Below the pieces are notes generated by a model. That model was not told the origin of the DNA, ran no database searches, and saw only the letters and a list, made by a program, of their open reading frames with translations. Source: an uncultured Fidelibacterota bacterium (GTDB taxonomy: Bacteria; Fidelibacterota; Marinisomatia; Marinisomatales; UBA1611). From it: a stretch of DNA of 64,000 nucleotides. The position numbers were made by a program, and so were the translations under genes. The first letter of the stretch is position 1; every line of letters starts with the position of its first letter. This document shows positions 40,915-51,500 of the stretch, in pieces. The DNA is taken from NCBI GenBank assembly GCA_913040915.1, contig CAJWHW010000001.1, positions 70,240-134,239 of the forward strand, in the 5' to 3' direction.

Positions 40915-43701
40915 TTATATATTTACCTTGAAACTCAAACGAACTTGCATACCTGAACCGTAGAAAACTTTTGGCAGACTGTTTGTCCCATCATCTTCGA
41001 AGCCTTGATCTTCACCATAAGTAATATATTCGGTATCAAGAGCATTTAATAAATGGGCTCCTATTATTAATCCTGTACCCATTAGTTCCATTTTGTACGA
41101 TGCGTGTAAATCTAATAAACTATATGACGGAAGTTTTACTACATCTTTTCCTGCCATGCTAGCATCATCATAATCACTTGGGCTAAATCCAGCGTAGAAA
41201 TTATCATTATATCTAAATGAAGTATTTACCCGAAGTGCAGACATTGGAAATACATTAAGTCCTAACATCATTTGTGTCTGCGGCTGATACCCAACCATTA
41301 AACCATCTGTATATAGCATGACGTCAGTTGTATTTGTTCTATCATAATCAGAGCTAAATGTTCCTTCTACATTCTCTCCCCATTTCCAATTACCAAGTGA
41401 TAGTGCGGCTTCTACTGAGAGCAGGTCCAAAGGTCTTACATCTGCTTCTAATTCTAAACCAGAGTGATTAGCACTTAATCCAGTAATATTATAAATATCT
41501 GGAGCATCGTAAATGACTATTGACTTGTCTTCCCAAGTGTTCATGTAGTAAGTAGCTGTTACATCAAGGAGGTCGCTTCTGTAAGAGACTCCTAAATCCA
41601 TTGATGTTATTGATTCATTTTTAGCACCTGTGTTTGGCGTATTACTATATGCTAGATATGCATTTGAAAACTTTGGTGCTTTAGACATTTGACCACCTGC
41701 AAAGAAAACATTTAAATTATCATTTACATTATAATTAAGGCCAAGTTTTAGTGCGCTTCCAGGAAAAATCAGAACTTTAGAAAACTCATCGCCTTCTGTT
41801 TCATTGTATTGTTCTTGTCTTTGATATCTAGAAACGGATCTGGCACCACTTGCGACTACTGAAAATACATCAGTAGCATATTCTAATTGACTCCATCCCC
41901 CATACCAATCATGATAACCAGTATTATGGTAGTCAATTAATCCTCCAACACCACGCATTCTCTCTGTTCCTGTTTCTCCAGCCTTTGCATAGTGATGTAC
42001 ATAGTAATCACCACCAAGTAAATTCACTACTTCCCTGTAATGTTCTCCAGCATAAGATCTAATATCAAAACCTGTTGTGAAATTTAGATTTTCACTCAAA
42101 GAACGATTATAAGTAGATAACACGCCTGTCCAATCGTGATGATTTACGGAAGCTCGAATGATACGCTTTGACCTGTGCATGGATGAACTGTATGTAGTAT
42201 CAAATTCTGAGTTAACAGACCATTTCTGATTATTTGCAATAACTTGTGTCCAATCAATTTGTTTAGAACCATCATTCATCTCCGCAGGATTGAAATATTT
42301 GTAGTAAGAGTCTATATCGTTGCCTAAAGAATCTTTTTCTACTTCATCACCCATATATGTGGCACGAGTATTCATCGGGCCAGTTCCACCACCGCGACCT
42401 TTAGATCCATAAAAAGTCGTAGATAAACTGCTATTTTCATCAATATCCCACTTCCAGTTTAAACTATAAACTGGCTTATGATAATAATTTGTCCTTGTGT
42501 TGATAAGATATGAATCACCCACTTGTTTTGTATGCATGATTCCACCGAAGAGCACATCATGTGCCCAATCAGTACTACCTCTATGACCTACAGAATTATC
42601 ATTAAGTAAGTCATATTCTTGTTCAGTTAAACTACCCCAACCAGAACCATACCTATGTGGGCTTAAACGACGTTTATCTTCACCTGTAGCATCTGCATAA
42701 CTTTTCCAATCATCTTCAGTATAAATTTGATCTTCATCCCTTTGTCCATGTTGTTGAGGTGCACCTAAAACATTTGCATCAAGAGTGTGTTTACCATTCC
42801 CAAATGTTTTGTGAGCAGCAAAATAATATGAATAAGCATCAGACCATGTAGCATCAACATATCCATCCCAAGATTTTTTAGCAACCAATGCTGAAAGAGC
42901 AATTCCACCATCTAGTAGACCAGTATTGGCAGTAAAAGTTGTTTTTAAAAAATTATCGCTACCTAATTCTTGTTTGTAGCTTAGTCCCTGTTTGGCTGTA
43001 GCTGCACCAGAAACAATATTTATTGTACCACCTAATTGGCCTGCGACAAGGTTTGTTGCACCAAGTCCTTTTTGGATCTGAATTGCTGATGCGATATCTG
43101 TCATTCCATCCCAGTTAGACCAGTACATTCTACCATTTTCCATATCATTAACGGGGACACCGTTAATAAGAGTAGCTGAGTTTTCTTGATCAAAACCTCT
43201 AATGTAAACTCTAGAGTCTCCAGCTCCTCCCTTTCCTTCAGTAAAGTATACTCCAGGAGCATCAGCCATAACTGCGGTAATATCTCTTGAAGCTGTTCTA
43301 AGTTCTAAATCTCCCGCAGTTAAGGAAGAATGTGGGAAAGGAGTTTTTCTATCTTTGATAATAGTTCCTGTAACTTGCAAAGCTTCAATCTCTAAGGCAG
43401 CAGGCGTTAAGCTGGCATCCATAGTTGAGTTGGCAGTTACGTTAACATCGAGTTTTAATTCACTATATCCAAGATAGGAAACAACTAGCGTGTAGTTTCC
43501 GGTATTTGCATTTACTATAGTATACTTACCATTTTCATCTGTTGCTGATCCAAGTTCAGTACCAGATAAGTAAACATTGGCTCCAGCTAGAGGATTTCCT
43601 TCATTATCAGTAACTATACCAGATAAATTTCCTTGAGCAAATAAGGATGATGTTAGTGATAATAGAAGTAGATATACTGCTATTTTTAATGAACGATTCA
43701 T
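40915..43701 (-). CDS. TonB-dependent receptor with N-terminal carboxypeptidase-regulatory-like domain
   Basis: PLAGANV...TDENGKY, plug motifs (PGVY, IRGF, LINGVPVND, GGTINI), barrel ending NALDTEY...FKVNI; AAGGAG SD. Confidence 0.92.
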   Translation of the reverse strand: MNRSLKIAVYLLLLSLTSSLFAQGNLSGIVTDNEGNPLAGANVYLSGTELGSATDENGKYTIVNANTGNYTLVVSYLGYSELKLDVNVTANSTMDASLTPAALEIEALQVTGTIIKDRKTPFPHSSLTAGDLELRTASRDITAVMADAPGVYFTEGKGGAGDSRVYIRGFDQENSATLINGVPVNDMENGRMYWSNWDGMTDIASAIQIQKGLGATNLVAGQLGGTINIVSGAATAKQGLSYKQELGSDNFLKTTFTANTGLLDGGIALSALVAKKSWDGYVDATWSDAYSYYFAAHKTFGNGKHTLDANVLGAPQQHGQRDEDQIYTEDDWKSYADATGEDKRRLSPHRYGSGWGSLTEQEYDLLNDNSVGHRGSTDWAHDVLFGGIMHTKQVGDSYLINTRTNYYHKPVYSLNWKWDIDENSSLSTTFYGSKGRGGGTGPMNTRATYMGDEVEKDSLGNDIDSYYKYFNPAEMNDGSKQIDWTQVIANNQKWSVNSEFDTTYSSSMHRSKRIIRASVNHHDWTGVLSTYNRSLSENLNFTTGFDIRSYAGEHYREVVNLLGGDYYVHHYAKAGETGTERMRGVGGLIDYHNTGYHDWYGGWSQLEYATDVFSVVASGARSVSRYQRQEQYNETEGDEFSKVLIFPGSALKLGLNYNVNDNLNVFFAGGQMSKAPKFSNAYLAYSNTPNTGAKNESITSMDLGVSYRSDLLDVTATYYMNTWEDKSIVIYDAPDIYNITGLSANHSGLELEADVRPLDLLSVEAALSLGNWKWGENVEGTFSSDYDRTNTTDVMLYTDGLMVGYQPQTQMMLGLNVFPMSALRVNTSFRYNDNFYAGFSPSDYDDASMAGKDVVKLPSYSLLDLHASYKMELMGTGLIIGAHLLNALDTEYITYGEDQGFEDDGTNSLPKVFYGSGMQVRLSFKVNI

Positions 43702-43831
43702 TATGTTCTCCTTGTTTGGTTAAAATTGAATATCAATTTACAATAAAACGTATATTTTATTATCTCGAATTTCGTTTCTAAGTTTATAGTTTTCCAAAAG
43801 AATTTGTATTAGAAAAACCTTAAGTCTTTCA

Positions 43832-44524
43832 CTAAAATAGACCCAAAGTTGATGTATCTTCAGTAGATCGAATGCAGTCTGGTGAATTATTTTTAGGGGA
43901 ATTTACAAGTGTTGAAACAGAGTGAAAAGATAAGGGTCTTGAATAGGGGACAAGATTCATTATGGCTTGGTTTGAATGCACCGTATCGCAATGAATCCAT
44001 TCATCAATAGAGATAGGATTTAATATAACAGGCATACGTTGATGGATATGATCGATGTTTTTCTGAGGGATGGTAGTAATTACAGTATAAGAATCAATTA
44101 TCTGGTTTGTTGAAGATTTCCAGGTATTCCATAACCCGGCCATAGGTAACAGTTTATATTCCGGATGATAAATGTAGTAAGGCTGGCTACTATTACTGCT
44201 TCGTTTCCATTCATAATATCCATCGGCAATAATTATACATCTGTTTTGCTGGACTAGATTTTGGAAAGAAGGTTTTTCTAGGATTGTTTCCGCGCGGGCA
44301 TTAAACATTTTGGCACCGATTGATTCTTCATTCGCCCATTGGGGAATTAAACCCCATTGCATTAATTTGACAATTCTTGAATTATTTTCCCCTATTAGAA
44401 TAGGAGCCATTTGGGAAGGTGTAATATTGTAATTTGGATATAAGTCATTGCTATTCCACATATCGATAGCTAACTCTTCAATTATAGATTGTATATCTCG
44501 GGTTAATGTTTTTCGACCACACAT
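43832..44524 (-). CDS. SOS response-associated peptidase (SRAP/YedK/HMCES family)
   Basis: MCGR N-terminus, WGLIP, NARAET, GYYEW, IHQRMPVIL. Confidence 0.93.
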   Translation of the reverse strand: MCGRKTLTRDIQSIIEELAIDMWNSNDLYPNYNITPSQMAPILIGENNSRIVKLMQWGLIPQWANEESIGAKMFNARAETILEKPSFQNLVQQNRCIIIADGYYEWKRSSNSSQPYYIYHPEYKLLPMAGLWNTWKSSTNQIIDSYTVITTIPQKNIDHIHQRMPVILNPISIDEWIHCDTVHSNQAIMNLVPYSRPLSFHSVSTLVNSPKNNSPDCIRSTEDTSTLGLF

Positions 44525-44608
44525 AATAAAATCTACATAAAAAATCCTTTTCTATGAATACAGAGATTTAGAATTTTGATCTCATTATTTTTTGCTTAAA
44601 CCTTCAAT

Positions 44609-45370
44609 ATGGAGACCAATATAGTGCATAAACTTGTTTTACTTCGTCACGGCCAAAGCCAATGGAATTTAGAGAATCGGTTTACAGGCTGGGCTGACGT
44701 TGATCTTACACCACAGGGTGAATTAGAAGCTCTTGAGTCCGGTAAATTATTAAAACAGAATGGTTTTCAATTTAATGTTATTCACACTTCTGTTTTGAAG
44801 CGGGCCAACCGAACAATGGATATTTGTTTAAATGAAATGGGCTTGAAAGACGTTACAACCCATTATCACTGGCGGCTGAATGAAAGACATTATGGTGCAC
44901 TTCAAGGGCTAAATAAGGCAGAAATGGCTATTGAGTATGGCGATGAACAGGTTCATATATGGCGACGGAGTTATGAAACTCCACCTCCCAAATTAAAATT
45001 GGATGATGAAAGGCATCCTCGATTTGATGAAAAATATCAAGGTTTATCTCAAGAAGAATTGCCAGCATCAGAATGTTTGAAAGATACTGTAAATCGCTTC
45101 TTACCTTATTGGCTAAATAAGATTAAGCCTGATATTGAAGCCGGAAAAAGTGTTTTGATTGTTGCTCATGGGAATTCACTTCGGGCCTTGGTAAAATATT
45201 TAGATCAAATTTCTGATGAAGAAATTTTAAAGTTGAATATCCCAACAGGTGCTCCAATGGTCTATGAACTCAATCAAGATTTACATCCGATCAATCATTA
45301 TTATTTAGGAGATCAAGAAGAGATAAACAAGAGAGCTGCAGAAGTAATAGCTCAAGGGAAATCAAAATAG
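44609..45370 (+). CDS. gpmA: 2,3-bisphosphoglycerate-dependent phosphoglycerate mutase
   Basis: [32 protein letters not shown]. Confidence 0.96.
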   Translation: METNIVHKLVLLRHGQSQWNLENRFTGWADVDLTPQGELEALESGKLLKQNGFQFNVIHTSVLKRANRTMDICLNEMGLKDVTTHYHWRLNERHYGALQGLNKAEMAIEYGDEQVHIWRRSYETPPPKLKLDDERHPRFDEKYQGLSQEELPASECLKDTVNRFLPYWLNKIKPDIEAGKSVLIVAHGNSLRALVKYLDQISDEEILKLNIPTGAPMVYELNQDLHPINHYYLGDQEEINKRAAEVIAQGKSK

Positions 45371-45372
45371 GG

Positions 45373-46131
45373 CTATTTAAATATCCGGTTCAACTCTCCA
45401 GATAACCGAATGCCACCTTGAAGTAGTCGTTTTTCCAGCAATGCTTTATTTTTGTAAAAATATTCCCATTTTAAATTTTCATCGAAAAAATCATAGCATT
45501 GATTCCTCAATTCTTTTGATTCATTAATATAAGTTAATAGCGTATCTCCTTGCCAGGATCGTACATCACCATAATCAATTCCTAACAAAAGATATTCTGT
45601 ATATTCTGTGTAGCTGAGTTTTTGGTGTTCAATTAAATGGTAATCCCAAATACTATGTAAATTGGTTTCCTCCCCGAACCATTTTACTTTTATATCATTA
45701 CCTCCTTTATCATTTCCTTTTCCTACATGAAGAGGCTGATGGAGATCACCAATGAGATGGACAAGGAATTTCAATGCAACTTTTTTATCTTCTTTTGATG
45801 CTTTGAAATTTTTCAAAACACCACTGAATTCTTTTATTTTTTCTACTGCATCTCCTGTATATTTTCCAGTTTCATAATCTTCGCCATCAGGAATCGTACA
45901 GAAATGCCAATTCCAAGCATGCTTCCAATCTGGATCAGATTTAATTTCATCAGCCCAGGTACTTACCCTGGATAGATCATTATGACCTAAAATGCGTTTA
46001 ATTTGCATTTGAGCATTCTTTGTTAAATAGGTATTGGCAACTTTTCCCACTACACGGTGTCCGGTTTTACCCCAGCCGTAAACTGACTGGCTGAAAAGGG
46101 AGAAAATCAGGGTTATGCTAAAAATTTTCAT
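45373..46131 (-). CDS. Secreted S1/P1 nuclease
   Basis: Signal peptide then WGKTGH, WADEIK, HLIGDLHQPLH, NLHSIWD. Confidence 0.93.
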   Translation of the reverse strand: MKIFSITLIFSLFSQSVYGWGKTGHRVVGKVANTYLTKNAQMQIKRILGHNDLSRVSTWADEIKSDPDWKHAWNWHFCTIPDGEDYETGKYTGDAVEKIKEFSGVLKNFKASKEDKKVALKFLVHLIGDLHQPLHVGKGNDKGGNDIKVKWFGEETNLHSIWDYHLIEHQKLSYTEYTEYLLLGIDYGDVRSWQGDTLLTYINESKELRNQCYDFFDENLKWEYFYKNKALLEKRLLQGGIRLSGELNRIFK

Positions 46132-46227
46132 CGAGCTAAAATCTTTTTTATATGATTGAATTTTTCATAAATATTGCTGGCAGGATTTTGATCAAGAATA
46201 TTCGAAATTAAGAGATAGATATTTCAA

Positions 46228-47193
46228 TTATTCAAAAGGTACATATCCTAAAATCATTCTAGGATATTTATCGGTAGCAATTAAGAATCCTTTATTGTCT
46301 AACCGAACGATTCCTTCCCAGTTTCTAGAGTTTTCTTTATCCAATGATAGTTGGATGGGAGAACGATTTGAAAGCTTAATTTGATCATTACGAATTTCAA
46401 ATTCAATTAAACGTTCCACTGCATCTGATTTTTTGTGAGTTTCACCTTCCCCAAATTTTACTACAATTGAATCTGTTGTTGGTTTTAATCTTTTTGTATC
46501 TCCAGGCCAATGGTAATTAATAGCCCAGAATTTATTTTCATGATTTAGACGGGTAACATCCGTTATTCGATATTCTATGTTAGGCTGATAAATTTTCGAT
46601 TGAGAAAAATCTTTTAAGGAAATTAAATATTGCCAAGGAGACTGGAAAAGGTTTGCACCATTGGCCTCGTAAAAGATTATTACATTACTATTGTGAACAA
46701 GTATACTTTCAAATGTCATGTTCTTTATTTGTGTAGGTGTATTTATCTGCAATAAATTTTTTTCCGGAATAATCACATCTTTGGTTTTTGGATTGATTCT
46801 TCCCCATGCTAAATAGCTCTCCATTGTATCATCATTTTTGACTTCAAGGGTGATATAGACATTATTATCATTAAACGCAATTGCTTCTAGGCCTTCAAAC
46901 CCATCGATTGTTTTTGACCAATCAGGGGTAATAAAATTGGGCTGTTGAGGTGTTATTGGTTTTGGGGATTTTTGATTTATGGTAGAAATAATTTTATTTT
47001 TTTGAATCATGTATAAAAAACCACCCAAATTTTCAGGAAGCAAAACCAAATGATCACCATACCAGTCAAGGCCTGAAATCTCCTGTTTTGGGTTTAGGAT
47101 GGGCCCAGAGAGCGGTATGTCCTTATAGGCTATTTCATTGCAAAGTGCTAATGTGATAAAATTTAAAATGAATATTTGCTTTAGTAAGAACAT
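46228..47193 (-). CDS. Hypothetical exported protein, probable beta-propeller
   Basis: Signal peptide; repeated EISGL / EGLEAI / TFESI / NWEGI blade-like motifs. Confidence 0.55.
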   Translation of the reverse strand: MFLLKQIFILNFITLALCNEIAYKDIPLSGPILNPKQEISGLDWYGDHLVLLPENLGGFLYMIQKNKIISTINQKSPKPITPQQPNFITPDWSKTIDGFEGLEAIAFNDNNVYITLEVKNDDTMESYLAWGRINPKTKDVIIPEKNLLQINTPTQIKNMTFESILVHNSNVIIFYEANGANLFQSPWQYLISLKDFSQSKIYQPNIEYRITDVTRLNHENKFWAINYHWPGDTKRLKPTTDSIVVKFGEGETHKKSDAVERLIEFEIRNDQIKLSNRSPIQLSLDKENSRNWEGIVRLDNKGFLIATDKYPRMILGYVPFE

Positions 47194-47281
47194 GATTCGC
47201 CAAAATAATTAAAATATTTTTAGCCAACTTATTAATAAATGCCTACAGTTTAGTATCATTTTCTAACTTATTAGGTTCAAA

Positions 47282-47599
47282 TTAAGATTCAAGCACTTTA
47301 CATAGGTTTTTTAGGAATTCAAATGAGTAGATACCTGAGCTGTGCCCGTCTTTCCAAAAAGGTCTGATAGCATAGTAACCAACCGGTTGAATTCCGGAAA
47401 TAAGATAACTCTCTTTTTTCACCTTTTGAGGTGGACCTTTATACACATTCCCAAAAATATCTTTTTCACCAGCACAGGTTGCGCAAGGGCAATTATCCCG
47501 CAATCCCTTTAATGGTACAGCATTTTCTGATTCATCATTCCACTGAAGAAGTAAAAGGTCATTCAAAATCTCATGATGACTTAGTTGTAATTCACTCAT
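47282..47599 (-). CDS. DUF971 / GBBH-like N-terminal domain protein
   Basis: LRDNCPCATC, VGYYAI, DGHSSGIYSF. Confidence 0.88.
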   Translation of the reverse strand: MSELQLSHHEILNDLLLLQWNDESENAVPLKGLRDNCPCATCAGEKDIFGNVYKGPPQKVKKESYLISGIQPVGYYAIRPFWKDGHSSGIYSFEFLKNLCKVLES

Positions 47600-48519
47600 T
47601 ATTTAATCAATAGAAGTTTAGTTGTTTGAGCAATCTTCCCCGATTGAAGTTTTGCAATATAAATACCACTTGGAAAGTCTATTGCATTCCATTGGATTTC
47701 ATAATTACCTGGCTGTTTTATTCTATTAGCTAAAGATTGAATAATTTTTCCCTTTAAATCATATATATCAAGATTGATATGAGAAACTGATTTTTCTGCT
47801 ATGGTGAAACGAAGTGTTGTAACAGGATTAAATGGATTTGGATATGCAGGGAATAATGTTATTGATTCGGGAATTATTCCAAAATCATCTACGGTTAAAT
47901 CCAAAGCATTAATCTGATTAAAATTAAATACTCCATTATTTACCATAATCATATGTGGAGGAAAATAAAATGCTGGTTTGATTAAAGTCGAAGAAAAATT
48001 TCCACTCAAACTTGAATCGGAAACATCAAAAATTTCAATTTCTCCAGCTAATCCTAAATACAGGTTATCTGCTAATTCAACAAAAACATTTGTTAGTAAT
48101 GAATCAAAATTTACCGAATCTCCAAAAATAGTTGAGTCTGATAAATAATCGAATATTTCATTAACAAATAATGAGTCCATGCCAGGCATAAGTATTACAA
48201 TTGATTCCAGGCTTAGAGGATTCTCCTGGTTGCCTTGACCTGGGATTTCCCAAGTCCTTGGCTGTACAGGGAAAGTCGTATCCTGAAGAATTGATATAAA
48301 TAAATCAAAACTATTATTTTCCTGCTCTGTAATAGAGCCCATTATAAAATAGGATGTATCTGGGCCAAATTGATTAAAAGCAAAACCTGTAGGAACGGTA
48401 TCCTGTACTAGAGAGGTGATGATGCCATCTACAGTACCTGCATAATTAAAATTAATTAACCCGTTATATGAATCTTGAGCAATACAGATAGTAAAAATAA
48501 ATGGTAGAATTTTTTTCAT
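47599..48519 (-). CDS. Secreted protein with FlgD/T9SS-like C-terminal domain
   Basis: Signal peptide; AYPNPFNPVT...IYDLKG...SGIY...KLLLIK. Confidence 0.75.
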   Translation of the reverse strand: MKKILPFIFTICIAQDSYNGLINFNYAGTVDGIITSLVQDTVPTGFAFNQFGPDTSYFIMGSITEQENNSFDLFISILQDTTFPVQPRTWEIPGQGNQENPLSLESIVILMPGMDSLFVNEIFDYLSDSTIFGDSVNFDSLLTNVFVELADNLYLGLAGEIEIFDVSDSSLSGNFSSTLIKPAFYFPPHMIMVNNGVFNFNQINALDLTVDDFGIIPESITLFPAYPNPFNPVTTLRFTIAEKSVSHINLDIYDLKGKIIQSLANRIKQPGNYEIQWNAIDFPSGIYIAKLQSGKIAQTTKLLLIK

Positions 48520-48597
48520 TTAAAATTCAATAATAAAAGGATTACAGGAGACTCCCTAACTTGAAGGGAAAAATTGGGGAAAAGAGTCCTATTTATT

Positions 48598-49527
48598 TTA
48601 GCGGTTCCGTTTTAAAACTATAATAAAACAAGCACCAAAATTCATAAAACCTGTTTTTAATTCAGGCCATGGTTCACCTTGAGGTACAATATTTGAAGTT
48701 GTAAAGAATCTCAAGGCAACAGGGAGATCAGAAAAACGATAATCTATTGTACCACCTATGCTCATTCCAAGTCCGCCATAGTTTGGTTCTCCATCATAGT
48801 CCTCATGACTTAAGCCATATGGGGAAGGTTCATTTTTAAATGCCATATTATAACTAACACCAAAATCCAGACAAAGATGTAAGGCTTTTGGCAAAAAGAA
48901 AAATACAGGTTGAAAGTCAATACTTAGATTCCCGATAGCCTGGAAAGCACCCACATCTCCCATATCCGGACTATTGAAACCATACGTCATCAGTTTAAAA
49001 CCTGGAGAAATATCTACTGCTCCAGTTGGATAATAAGGTGCCTGTAATCCGAATCCAAAATTTGGGGACATAGTTGTAGCCCCTAATGAATCTTTTAAAG
49101 ATGCTAATGCCACTGGCATCCCACCATAAACGGTAAGAGAATAATATTCTAAGTCAGTCTTTTTACTCTTTTCATACTTATATTCTTCTTTCTGAGTTGT
49201 ATACTCATCGTATTTAAAATCATCATATTCATCCAGCCAATCATCATCATTAGCTAAAAACTCGCCTTTTTGATACAAGTATTTAACCATACTGTTAATG
49301 ACAGGGTACATGCCATTTTCCATCTTCAGAGTATCTATGTTGCCAGTTAAAACACCTTCAGGTGTATCTAATCCCATGGGAATTATATAAACTGTAGATT
49401 CATCCACTTTTGTAACTTTGCCTACAACGTACGTCCCATCAAAAAAAGTTATTTTCCCGTGTATAGCGAACAGTATACCAACGAATAAGGGCAGTATTAC
49501 TAGTTTTTTTATATATGAGTTATTCAT
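48598..49527 (-). CDS. Hypothetical exported protein (paralogue of the next gene)
   Basis: Signal peptide; shared N-terminal FFDGT...NIDTLK domain; beta-rich C-terminus. Confidence 0.65.
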   Translation of the reverse strand: MNNSYIKKLVILPLFVGILFAIHGKITFFDGTYVVGKVTKVDESTVYIIPMGLDTPEGVLTGNIDTLKMENGMYPVINSMVKYLYQKGEFLANDDDWLDEYDDFKYDEYTTQKEEYKYEKSKKTDLEYYSLTVYGGMPVALASLKDSLGATTMSPNFGFGLQAPYYPTGAVDISPGFKLMTYGFNSPDMGDVGAFQAIGNLSIDFQPVFFFLPKALHLCLDFGVSYNMAFKNEPSPYGLSHEDYDGEPNYGGLGMSIGGTIDYRFSDLPVALRFFTTSNIVPQGEPWPELKTGFMNFGACFIIVLKRNR

Positions 49528-49652
49528 AATAGAAATGAAATATAGGTGAAAAATTTATAAAATGAAAGCTTAGCTAAATATTAACGATATTACACTAATT
49601 GGCCATTTTAAATAATAATTCATTTATTTCCACCTTGAAGATTATAAAAACT

Positions 49653-50522
49653 TTAGAATTCATAGCCAATGGAAATACCACCGCCAACCCAGCCGGTAGC
49701 TCCACCCGCATCATAAGCACTTTTTGCTTTTTGTACAATATTTGACCGACCAGTTATTCGGACTTCCAGATTTTCAATTTGTTCTTCCATCGCATCAATT
49801 ATTGTCATGTGTCCAAATTTATCCATAATCAGATTCCCGATTGGAATATCAACACTACCTCCTGCGATAAATCCTGTCCCCTCATGAAAAACACCGGTTG
49901 CTGCAGTTAAGCTTATGCTCAAATCTCCAATAAATATTCCAGGGCTTAAACCTACTTGATATGCCCAGCCGCCAAATTTTCTTGATCCATCTGAATCCAT
50001 AAATTTATAGTTGGCAATTTCTATGATAGCATTAACGAAAAAATCACCCATAAAAAAGCCATATGGCGTACCAACAGATAAGCCGAAAACAGGTGACGAT
50101 TTATTATAAATATCGAATGATGTTGCTTTAATTATAGGATAACCAGTGTAAAAATTTAAACTATAATTGGGAACAATTACGTATTCAACGACATAATCAT
50201 CCCTGCTTTTAGATCTCGTTTGTTTTTTTTCTCCCGGGCTAATAAAGTTACCATTTTCAAACATAAGCAATACCTCATTGCCGGCAACGAGAATTTTACC
50301 ATTATCCAGTTTTAAGGTATCGATATTATCCATAAGGATTTCTTCAGGGAAATCCAAGCCGATGGGGGTTATATAAACGGTAGCTTTATCAACAGAGTTG
50401 ATATTCCCTTCAATGGTTGTCCCATCAAAAAATATAATTGTGCCATCAATAGCGAATAAAAAGCTGATAAGAATCGGTAAGTAAACAGCTTTGTGTATCA
50501 TCTTCATCTTTAAAGATAACAA
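49653..50522 (-). CDS. Hypothetical exported protein, probable beta-barrel
   Basis: Same N-terminal domain; ends GISIGYEF. The true start may be a downstream ATG. Confidence 0.65.
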   Translation of the reverse strand: MLSLKMKMIHKAVYLPILISFLFAIDGTIIFFDGTTIEGNINSVDKATVYITPIGLDFPEEILMDNIDTLKLDNGKILVAGNEVLLMFENGNFISPGEKKQTRSKSRDDYVVEYVIVPNYSLNFYTGYPIIKATSFDIYNKSSPVFGLSVGTPYGFFMGDFFVNAIIEIANYKFMDSDGSRKFGGWAYQVGLSPGIFIGDLSISLTAATGVFHEGTGFIAGGSVDIPIGNLIMDKFGHMTIIDAMEEQIENLEVRITGRSNIVQKAKSAYDAGGATGWVGGGISIGYEF

Positions 50523-50542
50523 TTATTCAAAAAAATAAAAAG

Positions 50543-50615
50543 TGGGCCCGGAGGGATTCGAACCCCCAACCAATGGATTATGAGTCCACTGCTCTAACCG
50601 TTGAGCTACAGGCCC
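50543..50615 (-). tRNA. tRNA with CAT anticodon, most likely tRNA-Ile2 (lysidine-modified)
   Basis: GGGCCTGTAGCTCAACGGTTAGAGCAGTGGACTCATAATCCATTGGTTGGGGGTTCGAATCCCTCCGGGCCCA folds as a cloverleaf; GACTCATAATC loop context as in Ile2 tRNAs; CCA not encoded. Confidence 0.9.
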
Positions 50616-50747
50616 AATTGCGGGGCGGAAATTAAGATTTATTTTATATCTCTTTGAGTTTTTTCGATTTAAAGCAAAAAAAATATTATAACCTTTTAAT
50701 ATTGTTCTATTTTGAATGTCAGTGAAAATTCTATACTGATTTAATCA

Positions 50748-51500
50748 ATGAATAAGAAAAATAAAAATTCATTTACTATTCTAGGGATCAATGGAGCAAA
50801 ATCTATCCTGCAAACGGAACGATTTCATTCAATTAATATTGATATACTAATTGGTGGTCCGGCAGAAAAAAGTAAATCTCTTATGGAAATGATTTTTTCA
50901 TCAAACTTGAAACATCGGTTTTATGAAAAAAAAGGCTTCTTTCAAAAATATCCTGAAGGTCGTTCACAAGGAATCGCCGTCACATTTTCCGGGCATATAG
51001 TTTCCCAAGAACTCCCAGATTTTTCAAATGAAAACAATGCCTGTTTACTGGCGTTGGATCAAATTGAAGATCCCCAGAATTTTGGTCAAATCATTCGAAC
51101 AGCAGAGTGTGCCGGTGTGCATGGAATTCTTTTTCCAAGACATTCTTCAGCAAGCATTTCCAATACAGTATTACAAGTTAGTCAGGGTGCATTCATCAAT
51201 GTGCCACTCATCGAAGTAACAAATTTAAAAAATACATTTTCTGAATTAAAAGATGACGGCTTCTGGATAGTTGGCCTAGAAAACAGTATTAAAGCAAGAC
51301 CCTGGTACAATATCGATTACAATGATAAGACATTAATTGTAATAGGAAGCGAGGGAAGAGGAATTAGAGAAAAGGTATTGGCATCTTGTGATTTTAAGAC
51401 AACCATTCCAATGCAGGGCATAACTGGTTCATTGAATGTAAGTGCTGCAGTTTCAGCGGTCCTTTTTGAAAGGTTGAGACAAATAAGAGAGAATAATTAA
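50748..51500 (+). CDS. rlmB: SPOUT/TrmH-family rRNA methyltransferase (RlmB-like)
   Basis: DQIEDPQNFGQIIRTA, GSEGRG, IPMQG..SLNVSAA. Confidence 0.8.
   Translation: MNKKNKNSFTILGINGAKSILQTERFHSINIDILIGGPAEKSKSLMEMIFSSNLKHRFYEKKGFFQKYPEGRSQGIAVTFSGHIVSQELPDFSNENNACLLALDQIEDPQNFGQIIRTAECAGVHGILFPRHSSASISNTVLQVSQGAFINVPLIEVTNLKNTFSELKDDGFWIVGLENSIKARPWYNIDYNDKTLIVIGSEGRGIREKVLASCDFKTTIPMQGITGSLNVSAAVSAVLFERLRQIRENN

Noticed and set aside
43702..43831. Riboswitch upstream of the TonB-dependent receptor
   Set aside because: The region is short and AT-rich, with no cobalamin, TPP or other recognisable aptamer motif.
50543..50615. Calling the CAT tRNA tRNA-Met or fMet
   Set aside because: It has a G1-C72 pair and no run of three G-C pairs in the anticodon stem, so it is not fMet. 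Overall sequence resembles Ile2, though elongator Met is not strictly excluded.
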